Source: an uncultured bacterium (GTDB lineage: Bacteria > Acidobacteriota > Thermoanaerobaculia > Multivoradales > JAHZIX01). Taken from it: a stretch of 64,000 nucleotides of DNA. Numbering within the stretch: position 1 is the stretch's first letter; every line of letters begins with the position of its first letter. Under the pieces are notes generated by a model, which saw nothing but the letters and a program-made list of their open reading frames with translations, was not told where the DNA came from and searched no databases. The DNA is taken from NCBI GenBank assembly GCA_965368975.1, contig CBDUPA010000004.1:256001-320000 (forward strand), in the 5' to 3' direction. The translations under genes were made by a program, and so were the position numbers. Below are positions 55,743 to 64,000 of the stretch, piece by piece.

Positions 55743-56464
55743 TCCACCTGCAGAGTCTGACCAAGCGCTTCGGTGCCAAGACGGCTGTCGACAATCTCGA
55801 CCTGCGCATCGACGAGGGCGAGTTCTTCTGCTTCCTCGGTCCGAACGGTGCCGGTAAGACCACCACCATCAAGATGCTCACCGGGCTCATTCACCCGACT
55901 GAGGGGCGCGCGGTGGTCGGCGGTTTTGACGTGCGTGAGCATCCCGTCGAGGCCAAGCGCCTGCTCGGCTACATCCCGGATCACCCCTTTCTCTACGACA
56001 AGCTCACCGGTCGCGAGCTGATGCGCTTCGTCGCCGGTCTCTACCAACTCGACGCCGCGCGCGCTGAGCAGCGCACCGAGGAACTGCTGGAGCAGTTCGA
56101 GATCCGTCACGTCGGTGATCAGTTGGTCGAGGACTACAGCCACGGCATGCGCCAGAAGCTCAGTTTCGCTTCCACCTTCCTGCACGAGCCAAGGGCGGTG
56201 ATCGTCGACGAGCCATGGGTCGGCCTCGACCCGAAGAACATCCACAGCGTCAAGGCCTACCTGCGCGAGCAGGCGCGCCACGGGCTGACGATCTTCATGT
56301 CGACGCACACGCTGAGCATTGCCGAAGAGGTCGCGGACCGCGTTGGCATCATCCACGGAGGCCGCTTGCGCCACGTCGGTACGGTCGACGAGATCAAAGC
56401 GCTGGCCGAGCACCCCGGCTCGCTGGAGGAGATCTTCCTGCGCCTGACGGAGGACGCCGCCTGA
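55739..56464 (+). CDS. ABC transporter ATP-binding protein
   Basis: GPNGAGKTT, signature YSHGMRQK, VIVDEP, STH; ATGA coupling. Confidence 0.95.
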   Translation: MIHLQSLTKRFGAKTAVDNLDLRIDEGEFFCFLGPNGAGKTTTIKMLTGLIHPTEGRAVVGGFDVREHPVEAKRLLGYIPDHPFLYDKLTGRELMRFVAGLYQLDAARAEQRTEELLEQFEIRHVGDQLVEDYSHGMRQKLSFASTFLHEPRAVIVDEPWVGLDPKNIHSVKAYLREQARHGLTIFMSTHTLSIAEEVADRVGIIHGGRLRHVGTVDEIKALAEHPGSLEEIFLRLTEDAA

Positions 56465-58194
56465 TGCGGCGACGCTGGGGCGGTCCACTGGCCGCCTTGT
56501 TCTGGGCCAAGCTGCGGCAGTCGCGCCATGCCATCGCGTCCGTGCGCCGGGAGTCGCGGCTCAAGGTGGCGCTGGTGTCGGTGTCGACGTTGCTGCTGTG
56601 GAGCGGTGGCTTCTGGCTCAGCCGCCGTGGTCTGCGCTGGCTGGACGGTATCGGCGGTGAGATTCTCGGTCTCGGCCGCGCCGACATCCCGCTCGATGAA
56701 CTGGTGCTGGCGCGGCTGCTGTCGCTGGCGGCGCTGGCGTTGCTCGTCTTGCTGGTGTTCTCGAACATCCTGGTCGCCTACGCCACCTTCTACCGCTCGC
56801 GCGAGGTGGCTTACCTGATCCATGCGCCGCTCGGTTGGCGCACGATCTTCCTTGGCCGTTTCGCCGAGTGCGTCAGTCTCAGTTCCTGGGCCTCCGCCTT
56901 CCTGGGTTCGCCGCTCCTGCTCGCCTATGGCTTGCACGTTGACGCGCCCGTCGGCTTCTACCTTGCCCTGCTCCTGGTCTACGTTCCCTTCGTCACCCTG
57001 CCGGCGGCAGCCGGGACTGCCGTCACGTTGATACTGGTACGTTGGCTGCCACGGTTGCGCGAGCGCGCAGCGCTTCTGCTCGCCGTCGCCGTACTGGCGC
57101 TCGGTGGCCTCTACGTGCTTTTCCGCACGCGACTGCAGCTGCCCGATTTCACCGGTGTTGCGACGTTGCCGGCCATCCTCGATCTCATGGGCAGCGGTCA
57201 GAGCGCCTTCCTGCCCAGTCAGTGGGCGGTCGACGCCGTGCTCGCGGCGGCGGCCGGAGACTGGATGACGCTGGCGGGGCGCTGGCTGTTGCTGGTCGCC
57301 AACGCCGCCTTCGTCGTCTTCCTGGTGGCCGAGCTTGCCGCGCGCTGGTTCCATCCCGGCTGGTCCGGTCTGATCGGCATGGATCGTCAACGTCTCAAGC
57401 CGCTGGGCAAGGGGCCCCTGGCCTGGTTCGAACGCGCTCTGTCGCCCCTGCCCGAGCCGCTGCGCTCGCTGCTGGTCAAGGACATCAAGCTCTTCTGGCG
57501 CGACCCGGCGCAGTGGACGCAATTCGTTCTCTTCTTCGGCGTCCTGATTCTCTACGCCGCCAACCTGCGCAGCACGTCGCCCGCGCTCGACCCTGAGCTG
57601 TGGCAGAGCCTGATCACCCTGCTCAACCTGGTCGTCTCGATGCTCATCCTGGCGACGCTCACGACACGCTTCATCTTCCCGCTGATCAGCCTCGAAGGTC
57701 GCCGCTTCTGGATCCTCGGCTTGGCACCGTTGACCCTGCGGCAGGTGGTGCGCCAGAAGCTGCTCTTGAGCGTCGGCCTGACCTCGACCTTCACCGTCGC
57801 CCTGATTACGCTTACCAGCCTGCGCCTCGGTCTCGACGCCGGCGCCATGTGGCTCAGCCTCTACGGCATCGGCGCCGCCAACCTGGCGCTCTCCGGGCTG
57901 GCCGTGGGCCTTGGAGCGCTCTATCCGAACTTCCGCGAGGACAACCCCTCGCGCATCGTCTCCGGTCTCGGCGGCACCCTCACGTTCATCCTCAGCATGG
58001 TCTTCGTTGTGCTCATGGGCAGCGTGTTGACGGTCTTGCTGCAGTGGCCCTTCCTGAGTCGCGTCGGCGGTTGGACGTGGCCCTACGAGCAGGTGCTGGC
58101 GATCGGTGTCGTGGTCGTCGCGGTGCTCTCCGGCGTCACGTGCCTGCTGCCCCTGCGCCTCGGCCTGCGACACTTGCAGCGCGCCGACTTCTGA
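56464..58194 (+). CDS. ABC-2-type multi-pass exporter permease
   Basis: Many TM helices; KDIKLFWRDP, RFIFPLISLEG..FW...AP, YPNFREDNP; TGATG coupling. Confidence 0.88.
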   Translation: MRRRWGGPLAALFWAKLRQSRHAIASVRRESRLKVALVSVSTLLLWSGGFWLSRRGLRWLDGIGGEILGLGRADIPLDELVLARLLSLAALALLVLLVFSNILVAYATFYRSREVAYLIHAPLGWRTIFLGRFAECVSLSSWASAFLGSPLLLAYGLHVDAPVGFYLALLLVYVPFVTLPAAAGTAVTLILVRWLPRLRERAALLLAVAVLALGGLYVLFRTRLQLPDFTGVATLPAILDLMGSGQSAFLPSQWAVDAVLAAAAGDWMTLAGRWLLLVANAAFVVFLVAELAARWFHPGWSGLIGMDRQRLKPLGKGPLAWFERALSPLPEPLRSLLVKDIKLFWRDPAQWTQFVLFFGVLILYAANLRSTSPALDPELWQSLITLLNLVVSMLILATLTTRFIFPLISLEGRRFWILGLAPLTLRQVVRQKLLLSVGLTSTFTVALITLTSLRLGLDAGAMWLSLYGIGAANLALSGLAVGLGALYPNFREDNPSRIVSGLGGTLTFILSMVFVVLMGSVLTVLLQWPFLSRVGGWTWPYEQVLAIGVVVVAVLSGVTCLLPLRLGLRHLQRADF

Positions 58195-58207
58195 GCCGGT
58201 CCCGCGA

Positions 58208-58279
58208 GGACACGAACCCAGGAACATGTTTGCGGGACGCGAACCCAGGAACATGTTTGCGGGACGCGAACCCAGGAAC
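58208..58279. repeat. 27-bp intergenic tandem repeat, about 2.7 copies
   Basis: ggac(a/g)cgaacccaggaacatgtttgcg at 58208 and 58235, partial copy at 58262. Confidence 0.9.
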
Positions 58280-58363
58280 TCAGGGGATTGTGTCGCGCTG
58301 AGTCGGCGCGTATCCTTCGGGATGACAGTACATGACTTCCGTGTCTCGCTCCTGGAGGAACCC

Positions 58364-60553
58364 ATGCTCAATCTCAGCCTTTCCCCAGCCCTCGGCTCGT
58401 CCGGGCTCGATAGCTCCGTCGACGGCGGACCCGTCATCGCCGTGCTGGTCATGATCCTGGCGCTCGCCCTCGGTCTCGGCGCCGGTCGTGTCGCCAGTGC
58501 CAGCACTTCCGAGGTGTCGCCTTCGCCCGCCCACGTGGCCGATGCCGAGGTACAAGCCGCCATCGACGCGCTCGTTGAGCAGCACGGTGATGCCGAAGCC
58601 GAGCGCATCCGCCGCGGTGTCGCCCAGGTGCGCGATTTCTGGCGCCTGGGTGAGGATGGTGATGCCGATGCCTTCCGCGCCTTCGTCGAGGCCGAGTTCG
58701 TGCCCCAAGGCGAGCAGCTGGACGAGGTCTTCGAGCGCTTCGAGTTCGCCCTTGAACGGATCGACGGCTACTTCAACTCGATGGGCCGCGACCTCAGCCT
58801 GCAAGCCGATCTCGACCGCGGGCCTCTGCTGTCGCTCGACCATCGCCTGGCCGCCTACAACCCAGGTGCTCACGTGCTCGATGACATGTTCCAGAACCAG
58901 ATGGCCTTCATCGCGCTGCTCAATTTCCCGCTCAGCAGCCTCGACCAGCGCCTCGAAGAGGGCATGGAGTGGTCGCGTCGCCAGTGGGCCGAGGCACGCC
59001 TGGCGCAGTACTTCTCGAGCCGCGTACCGGCGTCGGTGAGCCAGCGCATCAGCCAGACCATGTCGGACGCCGATTCCTACATCAACGCCTATAACATCTA
59101 CATGCACAACCTGCTCACGGACGACGGCAGGCGTCCCTTTCCCGAAGGGCTGCGGTTGATCAGCCATTGGGGGCTGCGTGACGAGCTGAAGGCGCGCTAC
59201 GCCGACCCGCAGGGTCTGGAGAAGCAGCGCCTCATCAAGACCGTCTTCGACCGCATTGTGCGCCAGGAGATCCCCGCCGCCGTGGTCGACAATCCGAGTC
59301 TGGACTGGAATCCGGTGACCAACGACGTACGGGTTTCGGCGTTGCAGTCCGAGGATCGGCTAGATGCCAAGGTGTCTACGGCGCGCGAGCCGGACACGCG
59401 CTACCAGCACTGGCTGGGTATCTTCCAGGCCGTCCGCCTGGCTGATCCCTACTACCCCGGTGACATGACCTTCATCGATCGTCGTTTCGAACGCGGTCGT
59501 GAGATCCCTGAGGCAGAGGTCCAGGAGCTGTTCGAGACGCTGCTGGCTGCGCCGGTGGGTAAGCAGGTTGCCGAGCTGGTCTCCCAGCGCCTCGGCCGAC
59601 CGCTCGAACCCTTCGACATTTGGTACACCGGCTTCAAGCCCGGTGGTGGTTACCCTGAAGAGCAGCTCGACGAGGTCACGGAAGCGCGCTACCCGAGTGT
59701 CGACGCCTACGCCAAAGACATGCCGCGCCTGCTGCAGGATCTTGGTTTCACCGAAGAGAAGGCTCAGTTCCTGGCCGAGAACATCGTCGTCCAGCGCTCG
59801 CGCGGTGCCGGGCACGCGCTCGGCGCGGCTCGCCGCGACGACAAGGCGTACCTGCGCACCCGCGTTGCCGGTGAAGGCATGAACTACAAGGGCTTCAACA
59901 TCGCGGTGCACGAGATGGGGCACACCGTCGAGCAAGTCTTCTCGATCACTACGATCGACCACACCCTGCTCGAAGGCGTCCCCAACACCGCCTTCACCGA
60001 AGCGCTGGCCTTCGTCTTCCAGGATCGCGATCTCGAGCTGCTCGGCCTCACCGAACCGGACGCCTCCGCTGAGCACTTTGCCGCGCTCGACAACTTCTGG
60101 AACAGCCGCGAGATCATGGGCGTCGCCCTGGTGGACATGGCCGCCTGGAACTGGCTCTACGAGCACCCGGAAGCCACGGCCAGCGAGTTCCGCGACGCCG
60201 TCCTGACCATCGCGCGCGACATCTGGAACCGCTACTACGCGGACATCTTCGGCAGCCGCGACGAGACCCTGCTGGCGGTCTACTCGCACATGGTCGACGG
60301 CGCCATGTACACCCCCGACTACCCCCTCGGTCATGTCATCGCCTTCCAGATCGAGAGCTACTTCCGCGGCTCTGACAAGCCGCTCGGCGTCGAGTACGAG
60401 CGCCTGTGCAAACTCGGTCAGATCACTCCGGATGCCTGGCTGCGCCAAGGGCTCGGCGCCCCGCTCTCCGTGCAGCCCCTGCTCGACGCCAGCGCCGAGG
60501 CGGTCGAGGCTCTGAGTGGTTCGGGTGAGGTGACCGCCGCGGCAGGAAACTGA
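58364..60553 (+). CDS. Exported gluzincin-like metallopeptidase (M2/M3/M32-like), uncharacterised
   Basis: GGAGG SD; hydrophobic N-terminal segment; HEMGH followed by AFTEALA; YTPDYPLG. Confidence 0.7.
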   Translation: MLNLSLSPALGSSGLDSSVDGGPVIAVLVMILALALGLGAGRVASASTSEVSPSPAHVADAEVQAAIDALVEQHGDAEAERIRRGVAQVRDFWRLGEDGDADAFRAFVEAEFVPQGEQLDEVFERFEFALERIDGYFNSMGRDLSLQADLDRGPLLSLDHRLAAYNPGAHVLDDMFQNQMAFIALLNFPLSSLDQRLEEGMEWSRRQWAEARLAQYFSSRVPASVSQRISQTMSDADSYINAYNIYMHNLLTDDGRRPFPEGLRLISHWGLRDELKARYADPQGLEKQRLIKTVFDRIVRQEIPAAVVDNPSLDWNPVTNDVRVSALQSEDRLDAKVSTAREPDTRYQHWLGIFQAVRLADPYYPGDMTFIDRRFERGREIPEAEVQELFETLLAAPVGKQVAELVSQRLGRPLEPFDIWYTGFKPGGGYPEEQLDEVTEARYPSVDAYAKDMPRLLQDLGFTEEKAQFLAENIVVQRSRGAGHALGAARRDDKAYLRTRVAGEGMNYKGFNIAVHEMGHTVEQVFSITTIDHTLLEGVPNTAFTEALAFVFQDRDLELLGLTEPDASAEHFAALDNFWNSREIMGVALVDMAAWNWLYEHPEATASEFRDAVLTIARDIWNRYYADIFGSRDETLLAVYSHMVDGAMYTPDYPLGHVIAFQIESYFRGSDKPLGVEYERLCKLGQITPDAWLRQGLGAPLSVQPLLDASAEAVEALSGSGEVTAAAGN

Positions 60554-60554
60554 C

Positions 60555-61607
60555 GTGGTGTCCACGGGAACCGCCGGTGGCGTCTGGGTCGATCCAGACG
60601 CCCTGGCGGCTGTCATGCACCGTGCGCTCACCGCGCGCGACCTGAGCGAAGAGCATGCCGGCTTCGTCGTCGATGGTCTCGTCGAGGCGTCCAAGCGGGG
60701 TGTCGATACCCATGGCGTGCGTCTGTTCAGGACCTACCTCAACGAACTCGACGGTGGCCGAGCCAAGGCCCATCCGCAGTTCCAGTGGCACGAAGCCGGC
60801 ACCGCAGCCCGCGTCCTCGACGCCGGTGCCGCACTCGGCATGGTCGCCGGTCGCAGTGCCGCCGCCGAAGCCGTGAATCTGGCCAAGCAGCACGGTGTCG
60901 GCGTCGTCGTGGTGCGCAACTCCAACCACTTCGGTCCCGCCTCCTGCTACACCCTGGAGATGGCGCGCCACCGTGTCCTCGGCCTCGCCTGCACCAACAG
61001 TGATGCCCTCGTTGCGCCCTTCGGTGGATGCAGCCCTCTCGTCGGCACCAATCCCATCAGCATGACGGTCGAAGCCGATGAAGACGACCTCTTCTGTGCC
61101 GACTTCGCCACCAGCCAGGTCTCCTACTCCAAGGTCAAGCACTATCGCGCCCACGGTCGAGACCTGGAAGCCGGTTGGGCCGTCAACGCCGAGGGTGTCG
61201 ACGTGGCCAGGTCGGAGGATCGGGATGTGGCAGCGCTACAGCCCTTGGGTGGTTACAAGGGAGAGTGTCTCGGGCTGATGGTCGAGATCCTGTGCCCCCT
61301 GCTCGCCGGCGAACCCTACGACCACGAGCTGAGTCACCTTTACGGCGAACCCTACGATGAACCACGCCGCGTCGCCCACTTCTTCCTCGGTCTGCACCTG
61401 CCGCTGTTTACGGATGAGCAGGTGTTCCGTGCTCGCCTGCGGCAAATGCTGCAACGCGTGCGCGCCGAGTCGGGGGAGCGGGGAGACGTGATGGTGCCGG
61501 GCGATCCGGAGACCCGCTACGCGGCACAGCGTCGAGAGAAGGGTATTCCCTTGACGGACGAAGAGGCGTCGTGGTTCCGGGGGCTGCCTGGAGGCGAGAG
61601 CCTGTAA
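60555..61607 (+). CDS. Ldh_2-family oxidoreductase (malate/L-sulfolactate/ureidoglycolate dehydrogenase-like)
   Basis: RGVDTHGV, RNSNHFG, GTNPIS, DFATS, PLGGYKG, VPGDPE. Confidence 0.92.
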   Translation: MVSTGTAGGVWVDPDALAAVMHRALTARDLSEEHAGFVVDGLVEASKRGVDTHGVRLFRTYLNELDGGRAKAHPQFQWHEAGTAARVLDAGAALGMVAGRSAAAEAVNLAKQHGVGVVVVRNSNHFGPASCYTLEMARHRVLGLACTNSDALVAPFGGCSPLVGTNPISMTVEADEDDLFCADFATSQVSYSKVKHYRAHGRDLEAGWAVNAEGVDVARSEDRDVAALQPLGGYKGECLGLMVEILCPLLAGEPYDHELSHLYGEPYDEPRRVAHFFLGLHLPLFTDEQVFRARLRQMLQRVRAESGERGDVMVPGDPETRYAAQRREKGIPLTDEEASWFRGLPGGESL

Positions 61608-61619
61608 GGTGGGCGCCGC

Positions 61620-64000
61620 TCAGGGTTGCCGCAGAGTCTGCGCTGGGTCAAGATCGACTGCGCCACGTGTCACTCGATAGATGGTGAGCAGCGCCAGTAC
61701 GCCTAGCAAGAGGGGGACTGCAATGAGCTGCCAGCTCTTGAGATCGGGAGCCAGCGGGGTCGTCCCCTGCAGATAGGAGTCGAGCAGCAGCGCGAGGCCG
61801 ACCCCGACCAGGAGCGCAGCGGCGATCCCGCGCCCGCTCTGCCAGAGTGCTTGCCGCAGCAAGTCTCCCGGCTGCGCACCCAAGGCCAAACGCACGGCAT
61901 GATCAAAGTGGCGCCGCTGTGCCGCCGCGGCCGTGACCGTGACCACGCTGAACAGTGCCAGGCACAAGCCCACGGCGGCGAAGAGGGACGAGAGTCCTGC
62001 CAGCAGCCGCTGCCGCTGGAGGCCGGTGTCGAGATAGTGCTGCAGGGGCACGGCGTCGGACAGCAGGAGGTAGGGATTGAGCGCGCGCACTCGCCGCCGC
62101 ACCTCGTCAGCCAGGACGCTGGGCGGCACGCGGGTCCGGGCCACCAGGGTCATGCGTAGATGTGGTAGTGCCGAGAACGGCAGGTACGCTTCCGCGATCG
62201 CCGGTGCGGTGGGGCCTCCAGGGCGGGTATCGGCGACGATCCCGATGACACGCTTCGGCGCTTTGTCGGCCCAGTTGAACTGGACCTGGCTGCCGACTAG
62301 CTGGCTGCCCGGTTTCAGGTCCAGGCCCAGCTGCCGTACCGCGGTTTCGTTGAGCAGGACGACCTCTGTGGCTGTCACGTGGCCATCGCTACCGGCGGGT
62401 GAGGTTCGCACTTCGAAGCCTCGACCTTGTAGTAGGTGGATCTCCAAGGTCGAGAGATACCCGGGACTGATGCCACGCAAGGCGATACGGTCGCTGGAGT
62501 GCTCGTCGGGCGCTTTTTCCCCGACCCTGGAGCCTTTCACTTGGAAGAGTGCGCCGGTCAAAGGGAGATGGCTGACCACTGCGGCGTGCAGGATGCGAGC
62601 ATCTTGCTCGAGCTGAGCCGGCAGGGCGTCGAGAAACTGGAGGCGCTGAGCCTCCGTGAGCTGGCGTCTCGGTAGCTCCATCTGGAGCGTCAAGACCGCG
62701 TCGGGTTCGAAGCCGAGTGGCGTCGAGGCCAGTCTTGCGAAGTGGCTCACAAGGAGGACGGCACCGAGGCAAAGCGCGGTTCCCAGGGCGACCTCGACGA
62801 CCATGATGCCCGTATAGATCCCTCGCAGCGCGGGTGGCAAGCCGTCCCGTGCTCCGGGACGAAGGAGCGTGGTGCGACGCAGCGGAGACAGGCGGCCGTA
62901 GGGAAGCAGGTGGAGCAAGAAAGTCGCGAGCAGGGTCAGGCCCAAGACGAAGGCGAACGTCGCCCCCCGTGGTCGCAGTTGCACCAGCCAGGCCACCTGC
63001 GCCGGAAGAAAGCGGGGCAAGATGTCCAGCGCAAGGCTTGCCAGCCACCAGCCCAAGAGTGCACTCGCGAGGAGCCAGGGAAGGTTCTCGACCACCAGCT
63101 GCCGTAGCAGACGGCCACGTCCGGCACCGAAGGCCGCTCGTAGCGCCAACTCCTGACGTCGCCGTTCCAGGTCCACCGTCAGCAAGCCTGCGACGTTGAC
63201 ACAGGCAAGCAGCAAGACCAGGGCGCTGGCAGCGAGCAACCACAGCAGCGCCGGTCGCACCGGCGCGACTGTCAAGTCATGCAAAGAGGCCGCGCGGCCC
63301 CGCCACGCTTCGTTGTCAGCCGGATGTTCCCGTGCCAGGGCCTCACTCACTGCCGCCAGTTCCGCCATCGCTTGCTGCTCATTTACAGCTGGCCGTAGAC
63401 GTCCCAGCACGCGTAGCATGCGATTGCCGCGCAGGAACCAGGGTAAGTTCAGCGGTAGGACGGCGATCACATCGACTCGCTGTTCGCTGACAGGGGTACC
63501 GAGGGAGAAGGAAGCGGGTAAGACCCCCACCACGGTGATCGCTTCCCCATCCAGCGTCAAGCTCTTTCCGACCGCTTCCGGCTCCCCTCCCAGCTGTCGT
63601 TGCCAGAAGCTGTAGCTCACCACTGCAGCGGGTGGCGCACCGCTCTTGTGATCGGGTGAGCCCAACAGTCGGCCCATTGAGGCTTTGATGTCGAGAACCT
63701 CGAAGAAGTCATCCGTCACCAGGAGTCCTGAAAGCTTCAGGGGTTCTCGGGTACTTTGCCAGGTAGGCTGCCACATGAAGGTAGCGGTTAGCTGCTCGAA
63801 GCTGCGCAGGCGTTGCTGCCAGTCCTGAAAGTTGGGCAGCGAGGCAACACGTCCTTCGCCAGTCGCGGTAGGTTCTTGCTCCCACAACAGCATCAACAGG
63901 CCAGCGTTGGGATAGGGGAGAGATCCCTCGAGTGTCGACTGGACCAGGGTGCCGATGGTCGTCGCGAAGCCAAGTCCCAGCGCCAAGGAGAGCACCAAGC
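61620..64000 (-). CDS. Duplicated MacB/FtsX-type ABC permease (ADOP type); start lies beyond the right edge
   Basis: LLLACVNVAGLL...RRQELALRAAFGA, LGFEPD.VL, VRLALGAQP, LDPAQTLR. Confidence 0.88.
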   Translation of the reverse strand, partial: LVLSLALGLGFATTIGTLVQSTLEGSLPYPNAGLLMLLWEQEPTATGEGRVASLPNFQDWQQRLRSFEQLTATFMWQPTWQSTREPLKLSGLLVTDDFFEVLDIKASMGRLLGSPDHKSGAPPAAVVSYSFWQRQLGGEPEAVGKSLTLDGEAITVVGVLPASFSLGTPVSEQRVDVIAVLPLNLPWFLRGNRMLRVLGRLRPAVNEQQAMAELAAVSEALAREHPADNEAWRGRAASLHDLTVAPVRPALLWLLAASALVLLLACVNVAGLLTVDLERRRQELALRAAFGAGRGRLLRQLVVENLPWLLASALLGWWLASLALDILPRFLPAQVAWLVQLRPRGATFAFVLGLTLLATFLLHLLPYGRLSPLRRTTLLRPGARDGLPPALRGIYTGIMVVEVALGTALCLGAVLLVSHFARLASTPLGFEPDAVLTLQMELPRRQLTEAQRLQFLDALPAQLEQDARILHAAVVSHLPLTGALFQVKGSRVGEKAPDEHSSDRIALRGISPGYLSTLEIHLLQGRGFEVRTSPAGSDGHVTATEVVLLNETAVRQLGLDLKPGSQLVGSQVQFNWADKAPKRVIGIVADTRPGGPTAPAIAEAYLPFSALPHLRMTLVARTRVPPSVLADEVRRRVRALNPYLLLSDAVPLQHYLDTGLQRQRLLAGLSSLFAAVGLCLALFSVVTVTAAAAQRRHFDHAVRLALGAQPGDLLRQALWQSGRGIAAALLVGVGLALLLDSYLQGTTPLAPDLKSWQLIAVPLLLGVLALLTIYRVTRGAVDLDPAQTLRQP

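Noticed and set aside
50587-58194. Single biosynthetic cluster joining the peptide precursors with the Bpt/transglutaminase/ABC operon
   Set aside because: Opposite strands with three unrelated genes in between; the predicted cores start with Ile or Ala rather than the acidic residues Bpt/ATE enzymes accept; none of these enzymes forms thioethers.
58208-58279. Possible mini CRISPR array
   Set aside because: Units are head-to-tail with no unique spacers, and there are no cas genes in the window.

Overview
A GC-rich, gene-dense 64 kb bacterial chromosomal window. The gene content (acidobacterial-type VWA protein, two duplicated orphan ABC permeases, a LamG protein with a WFF/WWVF C-terminal domain) suggests Acidobacteriota, probably Thermoanaerobaculia-like; this is an inference. 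Most of it is housekeeping: infC with an ATA start, a long GreA, def-rlmH-dksA-holA-like, two beta-oxidation modules, tRNA-Pro(CGG), ribBA, cdsA, truA, polB, rsmI and an RsmF-like methylase. I found no integrase, transposase, rRNA or CRISPR array. The strongest unexplained signal is a tandem pair of small minus-strand genes at 50587-51043 encoding lanthipeptide-type RiPP precursors, with a shared MKKR-x4-LQLKKxT leader, an ARGG cleavage site and different 4-Cys, Ser/Thr-rich cores. One is missing from the supplied ORF track, and no modification enzyme lies in the window. Also notable are a translationally coupled Bpt/ATE aminoacyl-transferase, transglutaminase-like and ABC exporter operon; two tandem secreted paralogs built from a duplicated domain I do not recognise; a candidate lineage-specific C-terminal sorting domain; and a one-Cys DksA. 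All family calls come from reading motifs, not from database searches.
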